A stretch of 56,107 nt of DNA, filler included, from Porpidia crustulata (lineage: Eukaryota): the NCBI GenBank assembly GCA_964255105.1. It is 6 parts of 6 records of this genome, joined end to end, with 100 filler letters (N's around TTAATTAATTAA, not from the genome) between each part and the next. Parts side by side here need not be neighbours in the genome. Positions count along the whole stretch, not along the records: positions 46,847 to 56,107 come from CAXUWE010000969.1; 5 more parts are not named here. One strand, written 5' to 3'. The position numbers were made by a program, and so were the translations under genes. The notes beneath the pieces are model-generated. The model was not told the origin of the DNA, ran no database searches, and saw nothing but the letters and a program-made list of their open reading frames with translations. Below are positions 52,504 to 56,107 of the stretch, one piece after another (position 1 is the first letter of the stretch; each line of letters begins with the position of its first letter).

Positions 52504-55500
52504 GTATGCCCAGTTGGCTCAACGACGTCCACCCCCTCCCAGGCAATGAGAATGGAGCCTTCAATATCTCTGCCGACCCCTCTCTCGCATTTCTGCCGAC
52601 TCCCACCACATCCTCTTTGGATTTCACCCAGCTACAGAACCAGCAGCTCCAGCAGCGTATGCAGAATGGCAACGCGCGTAATGACTCGCCAGCACTGCAC
52701 AACCCTGTCTACCAGACACAACCAGTCATTCCGACGAAGAGACCTCGACAAGAGAGTCTGGGAGGGTCACCCCGGCAGAACTCGAGTGGGCCACCGGCCT
52801 CGAGATCGCAAACGCCCCAACAAGGACCTTACGCTGGCTTCCCAGGTACCGCCAATGGTGGACCCCAGTTCCAAGGAGGGGCGCCATTCCCATCGTCGTT
52901 CCAACACGCGAGCAGTAATGCCAGCCTCTCTCCGCCGATGCAAAATCAGCAGTTCAACCCTCAGGCTGTACCTCAGCGCGTGTCAACGATGTCGCCATCT
53001 CCGTTCTCACCAGCCGTTCAGAATTTCGGCTCTCGGGCCTCTCCAGCGCAATCTGACCATGGAAGTCGAGTTAACACCCCGCAAAACGGAGTCCCGTCAT
53101 ATGTCCAGAGCATGCCTTACGGTCCAAACCAACCCTTTAACCCTTCGCTCACCTCCAACAATGTAGCCCCTTCTCCATCTCAATTTGGCCAAAACCCACA
53201 GATTCTCCATCAACAACAACAACAGCAAGCGCAACAACAACACCAGCGTATGCATGAAATACGACAGCGACAGTTGATGCAGCAGTTACAAGCAAGCAAC
53301 GCTGCCGCAGTTAGACAAGTAAATCCTGCTGCAATACCCCCAGGCCAAATGCCGGCGAATCCAATGGCCACTCGGGCTCTGCAGACCCAGCAAGCGATGC
53401 TGCGACCTGCGAACCCCGAGCAATTCATGAGAAGTATAACCCAGTGGATGCAGGCCAAGGGTCTGCCATTGAACCCGCATCCTACTGTGTTAGGCCGTCC
53501 CATCAACCTGACCCAGCTGTTCGGCATTATTATGAAACACGGTGGCTCTAAGAGGCTAACCATGACATCCCAATGGGCGAATATTGCCTCCTTGTTGTCG
53601 TTTCCGCCTACACAATCTGTCGCTGCTGCTCAAGAACTTCAAAGTTACTGGCATACAAATGTCTCCGCTTTCGAGGCATACTGGATGCAGGCTCAGCAAC
53701 AGCAGGCGCAGTTCCAACGGCAAAGACAGGAGCAAATGCGAATGGTGCAACAAATGCAAGCTGGAGACGCTACTCCTGATCAATTCTCCCCGGTCAGGCA
53801 GGTCAACACGCAACTGCATGATCCGCAGGCTCAGCAGATAATGCACGCGCAAGCCCAAGCCCAAGCCGGTTACCAGACCCCGGTGAAGCAGATAACACCT
53901 CAACAGCACCATGCAATACAGTCAGAGCAGAACGGGTACATGACTCCGCAGCAAGGGCATCTATCCGGCCGGCAGATAAGTCCATACGGTCTGCCACCGT
54001 CAGGATCATCCCGCACGCCACGTGTGACGCCCCCTCAAAATCCGCAGCCTGTTGCCCCGGCAATTAAGAAAGAGCCATATCTGAACAATAGCTCCGATTA
54101 TCAACTGAAACCTCGAATAGCCCCGCTTGGCCCAGTTTTTATTCCTAAAGCCGACAACGCGAGTGACGAACATGCTCCTGTAAGTCATGGAGGAATTCAA
54201 GTCCGAGGTCTCAAGGGTACCATCGACGACCTCTTGTCGGTCAAACCCAGTGCTCCCTCTATTCGAGATCTTGGACGAATTGACATTCGGGCACTGACAC
54301 TATCTCTCCGTTCTGGGATACGAGCTGAGGTTCGCCTTGCTTTGGATACTTTAGTGACCTTGTCGGTTGAACAGAACCCACCTTCGTTAGATCAATGCGA
54401 AGATCTCTTGGAGACACTAGTCGAGTGTGCGGACGAACAGGTTGAAAGACTAGCGGAAAATGCTGCTGAGGTATCGGATGTCATGCTTGTCGATTCGTAT
54501 GAAGAGACAGTCCGCGGTTGCAAAACTGAACTCACCACGCTGCAAGAGGTCCCAGAGTTCGGAACGCTTGAATACGATTTGGATCGATCGGCCGACCGAT
54601 TAGTATGCATAACTACCATATTGAGAAACCTGTCGTTCTCCGAATTCAATCAGCGGCAGCTGACCGATCCTGTTGTCATCAGGTTTGTGACAAAGGTCAT
54701 ACGGTATCTGGGTACCCGTAGCATGCTATTACGTACCTCCACGAACACTCTTGATTTCTCGAAAGACGTCATAATTTATCTAAGCAACGTATCTCAGAAT
54801 ATCGACCTACCGGGCAAGGAAGAAGCGCTGTGCCTCCTTCACTTTCTGTTATCTTTTGCGCCAACGCCTCTTCCGACTACCGTCGGGAAAGACGAAGTCA
54901 TGTTTTCTCCCTTCAATCCGTCGATCCATCGTTATCTCCCCCCTGCCGTTGATAGCCTTGCTAAGCTTCTTGCGAGAGACGAGCCAAATCGGACCTTCTA
55001 CAAATCCATCTTCCTCGTGGACAGTGCCACATCGCCTCCATATGAGCTGCTCACCCGGACATTTGGACTCGCCGTTGCGCCATTGCCCGAGTTCGACACA
55101 CAGAGTACCAGGTCTGGCATAAAACCAATTGTCAAAGCTCGTGGGCCATATTTGGCACAAGGTCTCCTGGCTGCCGAGATACTTGTTGGGCTTTTACCTC
55201 TGGTGGAGCACGACTTGCCGCGATCTTGGCTTTCTTCTCAAGACGGGTTTGCATTGACCCTAGTCAGGATTGTCACGCATCTCGCGACCCTACCACTGCA
55301 TCAAGGCCATGCCCATCCCCAGATGGGCAAGACTCCAGAAGCCGATCTCTATTCGATGATCAATGAACGGGGGATAGCAATTCTGCGAAAGCTTGGCGAG
55401 AAAGCTAAAGATCCGGATGTGCCGACATACGGACTCCCGGCAGGAATTGTTCCCAACAAAGAAATTCTGGTCCATGCCCTACTGATACCCAATGTGGACA

Positions 55501-55547
55501 AGAGTGTACTGGGACAGCTGTGCGCGTACGAAGGATTGGATACATAG
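52500..55547 (+). CDS. SWI1: SWI/SNF complex ARID subunit Swi1/Sol1
   Basis: 1015-aa ORF: Q/P-rich N-terminus, ARID domain (EQFMRSITQWMQAKGLPL...PINLTQLFGIIMKHGGSKRL...WANIASLL), and C-terminal ARM-like region DIRALTLSLRSGIRAEVRLALDTL...ILRNLSF. Confidence 0.92.
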   Translation: MSMPSWLNDVHPLPGNENGAFNISADPSLAFLPTPTTSSLDFTQLQNQQLQQRMQNGNARNDSPALHNPVYQTQPVIPTKRPRQESLGGSPRQNSSGPPASRSQTPQQGPYAGFPGTANGGPQFQGGAPFPSSFQHASSNASLSPPMQNQQFNPQAVPQRVSTMSPSPFSPAVQNFGSRASPAQSDHGSRVNTPQNGVPSYVQSMPYGPNQPFNPSLTSNNVAPSPSQFGQNPQILHQQQQQQAQQQHQRMHEIRQRQLMQQLQASNAAAVRQVNPAAIPPGQMPANPMATRALQTQQAMLRPANPEQFMRSITQWMQAKGLPLNPHPTVLGRPINLTQLFGIIMKHGGSKRLTMTSQWANIASLLSFPPTQSVAAAQELQSYWHTNVSAFEAYWMQAQQQQAQFQRQRQEQMRMVQQMQAGDATPDQFSPVRQVNTQLHDPQAQQIMHAQAQAQAGYQTPVKQITPQQHHAIQSEQNGYMTPQQGHLSGRQISPYGLPPSGSSRTPRVTPPQNPQPVAPAIKKEPYLNNSSDYQLKPRIAPLGPVFIPKADNASDEHAPVSHGGIQVRGLKGTIDDLLSVKPSAPSIRDLGRIDIRALTLSLRSGIRAEVRLALDTLVTLSVEQNPPSLDQCEDLLETLVECADEQVERLAENAAEVSDVMLVDSYEETVRGCKTELTTLQEVPEFGTLEYDLDRSADRLVCITTILRNLSFSEFNQRQLTDPVVIRFVTKVIRYLGTRSMLLRTSTNTLDFSKDVIIYLSNVSQNIDLPGKEEALCLLHFLLSFAPTPLPTTVGKDEVMFSPFNPSIHRYLPPAVDSLAKLLARDEPNRTFYKSIFLVDSATSPPYELLTRTFGLAVAPLPEFDTQSTRSGIKPIVKARGPYLAQGLLAAEILVGLLPLVEHDLPRSWLSSQDGFALTLVRIVTHLATLPLHQGHAHPQMGKTPEADLYSMINERGIAILRKLGEKAKDPDVPTYGLPAGIVPNKEILVHALLIPNVDKSVLGQLCAYEGLDT

Positions 55548-56107
55548 GCGCATGTCATTTGGATGGTGTAAAAAGGAGTGCTGAATAAAAAGCCAGACAA
55601 CAATCCCAGTTTGGGGCGTCCTAATGATCAACGGAGTGGGTGGGCTTGGGCATTACTATGTCCATGATTTCAGGTTTTGTATATCGGAGCTTCTTTTTTC
55701 TTGATTGTTTTTTGGACTTGGAAGAATAGGAAAACGGCAGGCAGCTTGAATGGCATGGGGGGCTTGGATAGCGCTTTTGTTTTTTGGATAGACGACTTGT
55801 ACAGAGTGTATCATATAGCTGGTTTTTGAGCAGTGCTTGGGAGTATATACGGCGAACGTCCGATTATCCAGATACTTGGACTGGATATCCATTGACGTTC
55901 CTAGCTAAGTCAATTGATCATTTTTACGCAACTGACGGGAGTGCCGCTGAGCGCAGATTTCCCTGCCAAAATTTCGCGCTAGCGCGATCCAAAACACAAA
56001 CCTGATGCTAGTAAAAATGCAGACACTCATACACTCAAACCAACCACCGCAATCCCATCCACTATTTCGACATCATAATCACTCTTTTCATGGCATCTAC
56101 CCCGCTC

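Noticed and set aside
53210..53290. Poly-Q tract in Swi1 as a prion-like novelty, and the antisense poly-Cys ORF
   Set aside because: Q-rich regions are ordinary for Swi1/ARID1 proteins; the poly-Cys is just the reverse complement of CAA/CAG repeats.

Overview
Eukaryotic DNA from a filamentous ascomycete (Pezizomycotina-type genes with short GT-AG introns and CTRAY branch sites), not a prokaryotic region. The window is six apparently unlinked ~9.27-kb contigs (9275, 9272, 9268, 9266, 9265, 9261 bp, i.e. size-sorted) joined by artificial N44-TTAATTAATTAA-N44 spacers, so gene order across spacers is meaningless. Most content is housekeeping: RIP1 (partial), a Dpb3-like histone-fold protein, a Gef1-type CLC, PFA5, ARG1, EAF7, CAT2/AcuJ, PEP12, RgsA, a DUF647/RUS1 protein, a GPI wall protein, a Sulfotransfer_4-like protein, INN1/Fic1, PEP4, RPT3 and SWI1/Sol1. 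The most interesting signal is in the apparently gene-free 9.4-16.5 kb stretch: three co-oriented small genes about 2.1-2.2 kb apart, with unrelated N-termini but the same C-terminal W-Y-C-x(2,3)-C-x2-G-P-x8-C-x(1,2)-C Cys module. One is below the ORF-track cutoff and one is hidden by an intron. Other notable items are a 112-bp TA-flanked MITE with telomere repeats upstream of PEP12, an intron that can only restore a P-loop if it ends in AC, a 7-nt ARG1 micro-exon followed by a GC-AG intron, and a multi-intron SWI1 leader with an AUGA-overlapping uORF. All family assignments come from motif recognition by eye; no searches were run.
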